Assembly (NCBI GenBank): GCA_963787835.1
Contig: CAWBEI010000002.1
Coordinates: 1,216,001-1,280,000, forward strand
Direction of reading: 5' to 3'
DNA: 64,000 nucleotides
From: Ignavibacteriota bacterium
Lineage (GTDB): Bacteria; Bacteroidota; Ignavibacteria; Palsa-1295
The translations under genes were made by a program, and so were the position numbers. Position 1 is the first letter of the stretch. Every line of letters begins with the position of its first letter. Shown piece after piece: positions 19,565-28,743 of this stretch. The notes under the pieces are model-generated. The model searched no databases, was not told the DNA's origin, and saw only the letters and a program-made list of their open reading frames with translations.

Positions 19565-21676
19565 TCAACGGGATTGAAGATCCCTGATCTCTGCGCGTGC
19601 GGTAGCCGGATGGTGCAGTAATTTTTCTGCAAGATGCACGATCTTCGGTACCGTAAATCCATAGGCCTCTAAGATCTTATCAGCGGGTGCGGACGTGCCG
19701 AAGTGATCGACAGAAAGCGAAGCGCCATTCGGTCCAACCCATTTATCCCATCCGAACGAAGTTCCAAGTTCGATGGAAAGCCGGCATGTTACTTCTGGCG
19801 GAAGCACGAGGTTGCGGTAATGCTCCGGTTGTGCTTCGAAGAATTCCCAGCATGGCATCGAGACCACGCGAGTCATCATGCCTTTTTGTTCCAGTTCTAT
19901 TTGTGTCGCAAGCGCAAGCGATACTTCCGAACCGGTGGCGATGAGGATTATTTCCGGCGCACTCATCGCATCCGATAGAATGTATGCCCCTTTTGAAAGC
20001 CCATGCGCTGGCGCGTATTTCTCCTGATCGATGACCGGCAATTTTTGGCGTGTAAGCACAATTCCCGCTGGCCCCTTCATCTTCATCGCGCATCGCCACG
20101 CTTCGACCGTTTCGTTCGCGTCAGCAGGACGAATGATGGTAAAGTTTGGCATCGCGCGAAGCGAAGCAAGATGCTCGATTGGCTGATGTGTTGGCCCATC
20201 CTCACCCAGTGCAACACTATCGTGCGTCCACACGAAGATGGATGGTATGTTCATCAGCGCACTTAGCCGAACCGATGGGCGCATGTAATCGCTGAAGCAA
20301 AAGAAGGTGGAACCCGAAGGCCACACGCCGCCATGTGCGGCCATGCCGTTTATGATCGCGCCCATCGCGTGTTCGCGAATACCAAAGTTGATTGTGCGCC
20401 CAGCGTAGGAACCATGCTTGAGCTGGCTCGGCTCGTAATCGTCCGATGTTTCCAATTTCGTGAACGTCGATTCGTTCAGATCGGCGGAGCCGCTCATCAG
20501 CGTCGGTACTTTTTCCGCAATGATGTTCATCACCTTGCCGCCCGTGGTGCGCGTGGCAACAGGCCCATCTGCAGGTTTATAGACCGGCAGATCTTTGTCC
20601 CAATCATCCGGAAGTTCACGGTTGATCGATTGGGAAAGCGCTGTGCCATTTTTTGGATTTTCTTTTTGATAGACAGAGAATTCTTTATCCCACTCGGAAT
20701 GCAGTTTCGCACCGCGTTCGCCAGCCTCACGAAAAACATTCAACACACCTTCCGGAATGTAGAAATCGGGCTCTAACGGCCAGTCGAGATGCTGTTTTGT
20801 AAGAATGACTTCGTCTTTCCCAAGAGGGCTCCCATGCGCCTTGGGGCTATCCTGCTTGTTCGGGCTTCCATATCCAATATGTGTGTGGCACACAATAAGC
20901 GAGGGCTTATCTATTACAGATTTCGCTATGCGAATTGCGTGATCGACAGCATCGAGATCGTTCGGGTCGGCTACATCGATCACATGCCAGTGATAGGCCT
21001 CGAAACGTTTGCTGACATCTTCCGTGAATGTGATGGTTGTTGAGCCATCTATAGAGATCCCGTTATCGTCATAGAAAGCAATAAGTTTCCCAAGTTCCAG
21101 GTGCCCGGCCAGCGAAGCGGCCTCGCTCGAAATGCCTTCTTCCATACAACCATCGCCAAGAATCACGTAAGTATGGTGATCGATAATGGCGTGCTTTTCA
21201 TTATTAAAAGTGCTCGCAAGGAATTGTTCCGCGATTGCCATGCCCACGGCATTTGCAAATCCCTGACCGAGCGGACCCGTTGTTACTTCAATGCCGGGTG
21301 TATGCCCACGCTCAGGATGTCCCGGCGTTCTCGAGCCGAACTGACGGAATTGCTTAAGATCGTCGAGCGAGAGATCATAACCCGCGAGATGCAGCAGCGC
21401 ATAATGCAGCATCGAGGCATGGCCGTTCGAGAGCATGAAACGGTCGCGGTTGAACCAGTGCGGGTTCTGTGGATCGAAGCGAAGATGCCGGGTCCAGAGC
21501 ACGTAGGCAATAGGCGCAAGCCCCATCGGCGCGCCAGGATGTCCACTATTGGCCTTCTGGACCGCATCGACCGCCAGAAAGCGAATGGTGTTTACGCAAA
21601 GTTGATCGAGATCGTCGGAACTCCCACTCCTCTTTAAGGAGGGGGTTGGGGGGTGGTGTGAATTTTCGAGAGCCAT
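19565..21676 (-). CDS. tkt: Transketolase
   Basis: ANSGHPGAPMG, TTGPLGQG, GDGCMEEG, GEDGPTHQPIE. Confidence 0.97.
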   Translation of the reverse strand: MALENSHHPPTPSLKRSGSSDDLDQLCVNTIRFLAVDAVQKANSGHPGAPMGLAPIAYVLWTRHLRFDPQNPHWFNRDRFMLSNGHASMLHYALLHLAGYDLSLDDLKQFRQFGSRTPGHPERGHTPGIEVTTGPLGQGFANAVGMAIAEQFLASTFNNEKHAIIDHHTYVILGDGCMEEGISSEAASLAGHLELGKLIAFYDDNGISIDGSTTITFTEDVSKRFEAYHWHVIDVADPNDLDAVDHAIRIAKSVIDKPSLIVCHTHIGYGSPNKQDSPKAHGSPLGKDEVILTKQHLDWPLEPDFYIPEGVLNVFREAGERGAKLHSEWDKEFSVYQKENPKNGTALSQSINRELPDDWDKDLPVYKPADGPVATRTTGGKVMNIIAEKVPTLMSGSADLNESTFTKLETSDDYEPSQLKHGSYAGRTINFGIREHAMGAIINGMAAHGGVWPSGSTFFCFSDYMRPSVRLSALMNIPSIFVWTHDSVALGEDGPTHQPIEHLASLRAMPNFTIIRPADANETVEAWRCAMKMKGPAGIVLTRQKLPVIDQEKYAPAHGLSKGAYILSDAMSAPEIILIATGSEVSLALATQIELEQKGMMTRVVSMPCWEFFEAQPEHYRNLVLPPEVTCRLSIELGTSFGWDKWVGPNGASLSVDHFGTSAPADKILEAYGFTVPKIVHLAEKLLHHPATARAEIRDLQSR
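21621..21656. repeat. Small palindromic element inside the tkt 5' end
   Basis: CTCCCACTCCTCTTTAAGGAGGGGGTTGGGGGGTGG; CTCCT/AGGAG hairpin plus G-run; encodes a non-conserved-looking HPPTPSLKRSG segment. Confidence 0.4.
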
Positions 21677-21734
21677 AGTGCAAAAATACGACGTAACTTA
21701 CGGACGACCGCAATTCTTTGGATGAGCGAAGGAT

Positions 21735-23360
21735 CTAAACCCTATTTAACGCTTCCTCGATCGTTGGCGCAAGATTCTTTTCACCCAGCTCTTTCAAAAA
21801 TCCGCTGCCATCGAGCGCAATATACGGTTGGGAATGAATTTCAGAGATAATAAAGCGTCCTTTTGCCTGACGCACGCGCTTTTGAATATCGCTTAATACT
21901 TTCATGCCTGTTGCGTCAATAGCGGGAACGTTCCGCATTCGCACAATGAGCACTCGCGGGAATTTACCAACGGAGGACATCGTTTGCATAAAGGAGTCCG
22001 CAGCGCCAAAAAAGAATGGGCCGTTGATCTCATAGATCTGTACACCATCAGGAATGACGAGTTTGCTCATTTCGGCTGGAATATCGGAGTCATCCATTTC
22101 GCGCGAGATAACGCTTACGTTCGTAACCGTTGCCATGCGGTGCATGAAGAGGAACGCGGCAAGAACCATCCCGACCTCGATGGCGACCGTAAGATCAATG
22201 ACGACCGTAAGAATAAATGTTGTGAGTAAGACGATAATGTCGCTCTTCGGGGCTTTCAACAATGAGCGAAATGTTCGCCACTCGCTCATGTTGTATGCAA
22301 CGACGACAAGGATCGCTGCCAACGATGCAAGCGGGATCATTGATGCCAAATGACCGAATGCAAGCAGAATGAGCAGCAGTGTTAAGGCGTGGACAATGCC
22401 AGCGATCGGTGTCCGTCCGCCACTTTTGATATTTGTTGCTGTGCGCGCAATGGCGCCTGTTGCTGGAATTCCACCAAAGAGCGGAGTAACGATATTCGCA
22501 ACTCCTTGCGCGACAAGTTCCATATTCGAGCGGTGCTTGCCGCCGATCATGCCGTCTGCGACAACTGCTGAAAGTAAAGACTCCACTGCGCCAAGAACGG
22601 CGACCGTAAAGATCGATGGCATCAGCATCCGTATCATCGGCAAACTGATGTGCGGGAATTGCGGCGCAGGAATCGCTCCGGAGATCACGCCAAACCGGCT
22701 GCCGATCGTTTCGACGGGTATATTAAAGAAATAGACGATCGAAGTCATCAAAACGAGTGCAACAAATGGCGATGGAATTTTTTGCGTCACACGCGGCCAA
22801 AAAATAAGTATCAAAAGCGAGACGATCGCGATCCCAATTGCCCACGGATTAATATTCATAATATTCTCGCCGAATGCTGCCCACTTCGAAAAGAATTCTG
22901 CTGGAACGGTACCCATTTTTAATCCCAGAAAATCTTTAACCTCCGAAGAAAAGATAATAACGGCGATTCCGCTCGTGAATCCGGTAATGACCGGCGCAGG
23001 AATGAATTTTATGACGGCGCCAAATTTTGCGAGTCCCATTAAGACGAGCACGACTCCAGCGAGCATGGTGGTAACGATCAGTCCATCAACACCAAACTTT
23101 TCCACAACACCATAAATAACAACAACGAACGCGCCCGTCGGTCCGCCTATCTGCACGCGGCTCCCGCCGAGCGCGGAGATGAGAAAACCCGCAATGATCG
23201 CAGTGATGATGCCGCGTTCCGGCGATACGCCGCTCGCAATGGCGAACGCAATCGCCAACGGCAGCGCAACGACGCCAACGATCAATCCCGCCGTGACATC
23301 CTTGAAGAATGCCTGACGGTTGTAATCTTTAAGTGTGGTAAATAGCTTTGGTACGAACAT
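21735..23360 (-). CDS. SulP family anion transporter with STAS domain
   Basis: VALPLAIAFAIASG, QIGGPTGAF, ATGAIARTATN, NGPFFFGAA, IDATG. Confidence 0.93.
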   Translation of the reverse strand: MFVPKLFTTLKDYNRQAFFKDVTAGLIVGVVALPLAIAFAIASGVSPERGIITAIIAGFLISALGGSRVQIGGPTGAFVVVIYGVVEKFGVDGLIVTTMLAGVVLVLMGLAKFGAVIKFIPAPVITGFTSGIAVIIFSSEVKDFLGLKMGTVPAEFFSKWAAFGENIMNINPWAIGIAIVSLLILIFWPRVTQKIPSPFVALVLMTSIVYFFNIPVETIGSRFGVISGAIPAPQFPHISLPMIRMLMPSIFTVAVLGAVESLLSAVVADGMIGGKHRSNMELVAQGVANIVTPLFGGIPATGAIARTATNIKSGGRTPIAGIVHALTLLLILLAFGHLASMIPLASLAAILVVVAYNMSEWRTFRSLLKAPKSDIIVLLTTFILTVVIDLTVAIEVGMVLAAFLFMHRMATVTNVSVISREMDDSDIPAEMSKLVIPDGVQIYEINGPFFFGAADSFMQTMSSVGKFPRVLIVRMRNVPAIDATGMKVLSDIQKRVRQAKGRFIISEIHSQPYIALDGSGFLKELGEKNLAPTIEEALNRV

Positions 23361-23435
23361 TGTGGGAGATCGCTCGGGAGGAAGTAGGGAATATCGGGAA
23401 CGAGTAGGGAGAAAAGATAATTCAACCAATACACC

Positions 23436-24302
23436 ATGGCACTTGATCATTTCCTGATAGAACCCGGCAGCGATTTTTCATTAGGCGCGGTTGATCCGGC
23501 AAAGACTCCGGGTTTCCGAAGCAAGCAAGGCGCGGAGAAAAAGCTCGTAAGCGACATCGAAGAACTTTCCAAGTTGCAGTCGATGCTGTTCGCGCAGGAT
23601 AATTTTTCATTGCTCGTCATCTTTCAGGCGATGGATACCGCAGGGAAGGATAGTGCGATCAAGCATGTGCTGACCGGAGTGAATCCGCAAGGCGTAGAAG
23701 TATATAATTTCCGCGTACCAAGCGCGGAGGAATTGAATCACGATTTCATGTGGCGTGCGATGAAAGTGCTTCCCGGACGCGGACGCATCGGCATATTCAA
23801 TCGCTCGTATTACGAGGAAGTGCTGACCGTCCGCGTGCATCCCGAACTACTCGCGAACGAAAAGCTCCCGAAATCTGCGCAAAAGAAAGATATTTGGAAA
23901 GAACGCTTCGAGGATATTAACGCCATTGAGAAATATCTCACTCGCAATGGTATTCGCATCCTGAAGTTCCATCTTGCTATCTCGAAAGAAGAGCAGCGCA
24001 AACGGCTTATCGCCCGAATTGATGAACAAGACAAGAATTACAAGATCAGCACTGCGGATGTGTATGAGCGCACGTTCTGGAAGGATTATATGTCCGCCTA
24101 CGAAGAAATGCTGCGCCATACCAGCACAGAATATGCGCCATGGTACGTCATTCCTTCCGACCATAAGTGGTACACGCGAATCGCTGTAGCAGATGTTCTC
24201 GTTAGTACACTAAAATCGCTCCAGCTTGAATTTCCAAAGATGACGAAAGACAAATTGCGTGAGATGGAGAAAGCGAAACGGCTACTGTCGAAGGAGGGAT
24301 AG
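23436..24302 (+). CDS. ppk2: Polyphosphate kinase 2 family protein
   Basis: FQAMDTAGKDS, GVNPQG, FNRSYYE, APWYVIPSDHKW. Confidence 0.93.
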   Translation: MALDHFLIEPGSDFSLGAVDPAKTPGFRSKQGAEKKLVSDIEELSKLQSMLFAQDNFSLLVIFQAMDTAGKDSAIKHVLTGVNPQGVEVYNFRVPSAEELNHDFMWRAMKVLPGRGRIGIFNRSYYEEVLTVRVHPELLANEKLPKSAQKKDIWKERFEDINAIEKYLTRNGIRILKFHLAISKEEQRKRLIARIDEQDKNYKISTADVYERTFWKDYMSAYEEMLRHTSTEYAPWYVIPSDHKWYTRIAVADVLVSTLKSLQLEFPKMTKDKLREMEKAKRLLSKEG

Positions 24303-24310
24303 TGGTTTGA

Positions 24311-24456
24311 TGCCATTCTGAGCGTAGCAAAACGTAGCGAAGCATCGGCAGCGATGCGGCGGAGTTTTGCGGAGTCGAAGAATCTTTTTCAATACCAGAG
24401 ATCCTTCGACTCCGTTCGGTTCCGCTTCGCTCCACCGAACTCCGCTCAGGATGACA
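24311..24456. repeat. Gene-less family A inverted repeat pair (CGTC-REP-like dimer)
   Basis: TGCCATTCTGAGCG..[hairpin]..GGAGTCGAAGAATC / GATCCTTCGACTCCG..[hairpin]..CCGCTCAGGATGACA; supplies the queG stop codon. Confidence 0.85.
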
Positions 24457-25369
24457 GTTTGGTATTCCTTTTCAATCCCGCCAGCTTCGTCCGCTTTATC
24501 GGCGATTTCTGAAACCGCCGCGAAAAATCATCCTGATCCATTTGTTGAATGTCTGCTGGAGTGAGATGCAGATTTTCTTCTCGGGGCGCAAACTCTGCGA
24601 TGTGCGTCGGCTCGGCAAACCTGTTCCACGGGCACACATCCTGGCAAATATCGCAGCCAAAGAGCCAGCCTTCCATTTTTGAGGCAAACTCTTCGGGAAT
24701 CTTGTGCTCCGGCTTTAGCTCGATGGTGAGATAGGAAATGCAGCGCGTGGCATCGATCTCATACGGCTTGAGCGCATCGGTGGGGCAGGCATCGAGGCAG
24801 CGCGTGCAGGTGCCGCACATATCTTCGGCGGGCGCGTCCGGTTCCAGCTCGATGTTGAGAATGATCTCCGCAAGAAACACCCACGAGCCAACTTCGCGCG
24901 TGATAATATTCGTATGCTTACCTTGCCAGCCAACACCCGCCCGTGCAGCGATCGGCTTTTCGAGTATTGGGCCGGTATCGGTATAATAGCGACCTTCCGC
25001 TTCGGGAGCGAGTAACTTTATTTCAGCAAGCAGTTTCCGAAGCATGGGCGGGATAATATCATGATAATCCGTACCCCATGCGTATCGAGAAATTTTTAAT
25101 TGGTCACCCTCCTCATACTGATGACCGTGATAGTAATTAAGCGCCAGCGAGAGAATGCTTTTCGCTTCGGGAAGGATATTCCTGGCGTCGCGGCGCTTAT
25201 TGTGATCGCGCTCCAACCATTGCATCATGCCATGCGCGCCCGATGCAACCCACGCCTGAAACTCATCAGCTTCGCTATCGAATGGCGCGGTGGAAGTCAC
25301 ACCGGCTTTGGTAAAGCCGATCTGGGTTGCTTTTTCTTTGATTAGTTTGGTAAGTTCAGCGCGCGTCAT
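24446..25369 (-). CDS. queG: Epoxyqueuosine reductase
   Basis: ISRYAWGTDYH, DTGPILEK, CGTCTRCLDACPT, RCISYLTIE, GCDICQDVCPWN. Confidence 0.95.
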   Translation of the reverse strand: MTRAELTKLIKEKATQIGFTKAGVTSTAPFDSEADEFQAWVASGAHGMMQWLERDHNKRRDARNILPEAKSILSLALNYYHGHQYEEGDQLKISRYAWGTDYHDIIPPMLRKLLAEIKLLAPEAEGRYYTDTGPILEKPIAARAGVGWQGKHTNIITREVGSWVFLAEIILNIELEPDAPAEDMCGTCTRCLDACPTDALKPYEIDATRCISYLTIELKPEHKIPEEFASKMEGWLFGCDICQDVCPWNRFAEPTHIAEFAPREENLHLTPADIQQMDQDDFSRRFQKSPIKRTKLAGLKRNTKLSS

Positions 25370-25371
25370 TA

Positions 25372-25464
25372 CTAGTTCACATTTTCCCGCACCCACACTT
25401 CGCCATCCGCCACTTTCACCTCATGGATGGGAATGCTTCCGCTTGCGTCGAGAAGCTGGCCTGT
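25372..25464 (-). pseudogene. Displaced duplicate 3' end of the Rieske gene
   Basis: Encodes TGQLLDASGSIPIHEVKVADGEVWVRENVN*; paralogous to 26228-26320 with a 27-bp identical core. Confidence 0.85.
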
Positions 25465-25567
25465 ATTTCTCTCAATAAAAACAACACCCTCACATATTGT
25501 GAGGGTGTTACCGAAATTAATTCAAGAGTAATTGAGGATTATACATCCTCGTTCCTTCGAACGGTGA

Positions 25568-26116
25568 TTAGTCGGGTTGCTGCGTTCTTGCAGCATCTGA
25601 AAAACCAATACCGAAAGAGGCAGCTCCAGGCTCAAAAGATTGATTTTCTGTGAAGTCTCGCACGGCAGGGCCACTGCCGCAAGGGTCAAAGCCTCGACCG
25701 AATGGGCTATGACCTCGACCATCAAATCCTCGACCGAATCCGCCACGACCTGGGGCTTCAAATCCTCGACCAAATCCGCCACAACCCCGCCCTTCAAAGT
25801 CTCGGCTGAATGGGCCACGAGCTGGGCCTTCAAAACCTCGACGGGATGGGCCACAACCGTGCCCTTCGAAGTCACGATCGGATGGGCCGCAACCACGACC
25901 TGCGAAGTCACGACCAGAAGAGTTAGCGGAATTGCCGGAAGTAGGAGCTTGATCCGTAAGCTGGTCTGGTAAATATGCACCAACCTTGGGTGTCATACCC
26001 TCGAACCAGTCACAGATGATTTTCTCGCCATCGGACTCTTTTTCACGAACTGTCATTTTGGGGCCGCCTGATTTAAGCCAGATTACGTCCCCGGTTTTCC
26101 ATTGTTTGTTATCCAT
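25568..26116 (-). CDS. YodC/DUF2158 domain with RG-rich repeat tail
   Basis: GDVIWLKSGGPKMTV..ICDWF followed by about six 12-aa R[DG]F[EAD]G..G.F/S repeats. Confidence 0.7.
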   Translation of the reverse strand: MDNKQWKTGDVIWLKSGGPKMTVREKESDGEKIICDWFEGMTPKVGAYLPDQLTDQAPTSGNSANSSGRDFAGRGCGPSDRDFEGHGCGPSRRGFEGPARGPFSRDFEGRGCGGFGRGFEAPGRGGFGRGFDGRGHSPFGRGFDPCGSGPAVRDFTENQSFEPGAASFGIGFSDAARTQQPD

Positions 26117-26227
26117 GTTGTTATTATTGTTATTATTCAATGAGGATGTATCTATACAACACCCTCTTCCCTAATGACGTATGATTGGTGAAAATGTTGC
26201 ACACATTAAAGGGATACATCGATTTTT

Positions 26228-26623
26228 TCAGATCGTGTTCTCCCTCACCCACACCTCGCCATCGGCCACCTTTACCTCATAGATGGGAATGCTTCCGCTT
26301 GCGTCGAGCTGCCGGCCGGTCGGAATATCGAATATCCAGTTATGCAGTGGGCAGGTGACTGTCTGGGCCGCGCAATCGATCGCCCCAGTCGCCAGCACTG
26401 GTGACATCTCGTGCGGGCAGATGTTAGAGGTGGCATAGATCACGCCATCGATGTTGAATATCGCGATCTCGCGATCCTCAATCACAATAACCTTCCCACG
26501 CTCGCAATTTTTTGGGAGTTCATCGACAGTGCAAGCGAAGGTGAATTCCATCGGAGCGTTCACCTCGCCCCGCAATTCTCTTCGCGCGGCTGCGAGGGCT
26601 TCGTCGTCGATTTTGTCTATCAT
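26228..26623 (-). CDS. Rieske 2Fe-2S ferredoxin-like protein
   Basis: NICPH..CPLHNW; start uncertain (26623 chosen). Confidence 0.85.
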   Translation of the reverse strand: MIDKIDDEALAAARRELRGEVNAPMEFTFACTVDELPKNCERGKVIVIEDREIAIFNIDGVIYATSNICPHEMSPVLATGAIDCAAQTVTCPLHNWIFDIPTGRQLDASGSIPIYEVKVADGEVWVRENTI

Positions 26624-26700
26624 TAGGTAAAGGAACAAAGTCAGAAGTTAGCTAATCCCCGATGTGAACTACTGCATTGAGAGCACCGTTAAACAACATT

Positions 26701-26925
26701 ATGGGAGAAAAGAATAAGGGAATTCCGCTTATCGAAGCGAATCCGTATTTACGGAGCCTCACAGAAGAAGAGCGTGAATATTTGCTGAGAGTGTCTGCCT
26801 ATGAGTCGAGCGTCTTTGAGGGAGCTCGGGGTCTCCAGCGGCCTGTCTTGCGCATTAAGTCCTTATCCCAACGTTTAGCGCCTCGTTCAAGGGCATCCGC
26901 AAAGAAGTCGGTCAAAGCTCGATAA
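26701..26925 (+). CDS. Probable Fic antitoxin (inhibitory motif SxxxEG)
   Basis: 74 aa containing ESSVFEG, matching (S/T)xxxE(G/N); overlaps the fic 3' end on the opposite strand. Confidence 0.6.
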   Translation: MGEKNKGIPLIEANPYLRSLTEEEREYLLRVSAYESSVFEGARGLQRPVLRIKSLSQRLAPRSRASAKKSVKAR

Positions 26926-27512
26926 TTCTGCTTGTAGCCTTCAAATACTGCCGAAAGGTACCTCTTGTTTTGCGTTTTGGAGCCTTTCCCAGTAAATCCA
27001 TAATAGGGCGGGGGCTTAGATGCCTGTAAGGCCATCAGCCTTGCTATTACACGAGCAACCCTCCCGTTTCCTTCCCTGAAGGGGTGAATAGCGAGAAATT
27101 CTGCATGGACTTCCGCAATTGCTTCGGGAATATTTTGAGTTGGCTCAGGATGAAGGGGAGTAAGTCGCCGAAGAGTCTCCTGTTCAAAATGTTCGAGAGC
27201 ATTTCTAAGATGTTTTGACGGTGGAAATGGATAGCTACCTTTACTTATATTAACTTCCCTCAATTTTCCTCCCCAAGAATAAATACCACCCAAAAATTGC
27301 CGATGAATTTCCAGAATCAAATCTACTGTAATCACCGCCTCTGAAGTTACGGCCCTCTCAAAGTGCTTTTCGGCTTTAAACAGAGCCTCGTCTTCCACTC
27401 GGTTCATCTCTCGCTTCGAAGTGATTCCTAACAAATTCTTAAGAACGCGATCACGTGAGCCAGGTTCGAACTCACCTTCTTCACCAAGTGCAGTTTTGTA
27501 TCGTGATGCCAT
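26799..27512 (-). CDS. Fic family AMP-transferase
   Basis: HPFREGNGRVAR canonical motif; VLKNLLGI N-terminus; ATG overlaps the nuoD stop (TAATG). Confidence 0.92.
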   Translation of the reverse strand: MASRYKTALGEEGEFEPGSRDRVLKNLLGITSKREMNRVEDEALFKAEKHFERAVTSEAVITVDLILEIHRQFLGGIYSWGGKLREVNISKGSYPFPPSKHLRNALEHFEQETLRRLTPLHPEPTQNIPEAIAEVHAEFLAIHPFREGNGRVARVIARLMALQASKPPPYYGFTGKGSKTQNKRYLSAVFEGYKQNYRALTDFFADALERGAKRWDKDLMRKTGRWRPRAPSKTLDS

Positions 27513-28729
27513 TATCGATCCACTTCCCCCAGCACAATATCGATCGAGCCGAGAATGACGATGAGATCGGCAATGAGATAGCCCCGCGAAATAAGCGGCA
27601 ACAAGCTGAGATTCGAAAATGCCGGCGATCGCACCTTCACGCGCCACGGTTTTACATCGCCTTTCGAGACAATATAATATCCCAGTTCCCCTCGCGGCGT
27701 TTCTGTGCGTGAGAATATCTCGCCTTCCGGTGGTTTCAGCCGTTTGGGAATTGCGGACTGAACGTCCGTCGTGTCGTTCGTTGGAAATTGCTCCAAGATC
27801 TGCTCGATGATCTTGAGGGATTGTTCCCATTCCACCATACGCACCCAATTCCGGTTGAAGGAATCGCCGAGCGTGGCGAGTTTGTCCGAGCCGACCGCAA
27901 TCTCGAAATCGAAGCGGTCGTAAATGGAATAGGGATCGTTCTTCCGAATATCCCATTTCACTCCGCAGGCGCGGAGCATCGGCCCAGTTGCACCGCCATT
28001 GATCGCAACTTCGGCATCGAGCACGCCAATATCCGCCGTACGCTGCCGGAAAATATGATTGAACGTCAGCAGATCGTTGATCTCTTTATGGGTAGCGCGG
28101 GAAGTTTTTAGGAACTCGCGGCACATCAGGAGCACGTCCTTGTGAAGATCGTGTGAAAGTCCACCGACCCACATATAATTATAGAGAAACCGGGCGCCGC
28201 AGGTTTTCTCGAACATTTCGAGGATGGTCTCGCGGTCGCGGAAACAATACAGGAAAGGCGTGAACGCACCAGCATCCATGCCGAACGTGCCAATTGCGAT
28301 AAGATGCGAGGCAATGCGCTGAAGTTCTGCAAAGAGCACCCGAATGTACTCCACTTTTTCTGGAACTTCAATATTCATCATCCGCTCCACAGCCGTTACA
28401 TATCCATGCTCGCCGGACATGGCGGCAATGTAATCCATGCGATCGACATAAGGAATGATCTGCGGATACGTGAGCTGCTCGGCATGTTTTTCGAAACAGC
28501 GGTGCAGATATCCAATGTGCGGAATGACATCGACCACTAATTCTCCATCTAGCACTACTTCCAAACGCAGGACGCCATGTGTGGAGGGATGCTGCGGCCC
28601 CATGTTCATCACCATCTCCTCGGTGTGCAGCCGCCCGCGCTCGACTTCTTCAGGAGCGTGGATTGGTGCGCTGGCATGCAGCGTGCTATGGGCTATCGTG
28701 TGACGATCAAATGATATTGATTCCGACAT
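27512..28729 (-). CDS. nuoD: NADH-quinone oxidoreductase subunit D
   Basis: NMGPQHPSTHGVLRL, GYLHRCFEK, DIVLGEVDR. Confidence 0.96.
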   Translation of the reverse strand: MSESISFDRHTIAHSTLHASAPIHAPEEVERGRLHTEEMVMNMGPQHPSTHGVLRLEVVLDGELVVDVIPHIGYLHRCFEKHAEQLTYPQIIPYVDRMDYIAAMSGEHGYVTAVERMMNIEVPEKVEYIRVLFAELQRIASHLIAIGTFGMDAGAFTPFLYCFRDRETILEMFEKTCGARFLYNYMWVGGLSHDLHKDVLLMCREFLKTSRATHKEINDLLTFNHIFRQRTADIGVLDAEVAINGGATGPMLRACGVKWDIRKNDPYSIYDRFDFEIAVGSDKLATLGDSFNRNWVRMVEWEQSLKIIEQILEQFPTNDTTDVQSAIPKRLKPPEGEIFSRTETPRGELGYYIVSKGDVKPWRVKVRSPAFSNLSLLPLISRGYLIADLIVILGSIDIVLGEVDR

Positions 28730-28743
28730 CTAAAAGATTATTG

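Noticed and set aside
21715-21737. GAGCGAAGGATCT as a REP-A remnant
   Set aside because: Too short to distinguish from chance
25372-26320. Rieske 3'-end duplicate as a DGR TR/VR pair
   Set aside because: Differences are mainly synonymous, not restricted to adenines, and no RT is present
27513-27956. N-terminal extension of the Fic ORF in the ORF track (385 aa)
   Set aside because: Overlaps nuoD in another frame; Fic-like sequence begins at the ATG coupled to the nuoD stop (27512)
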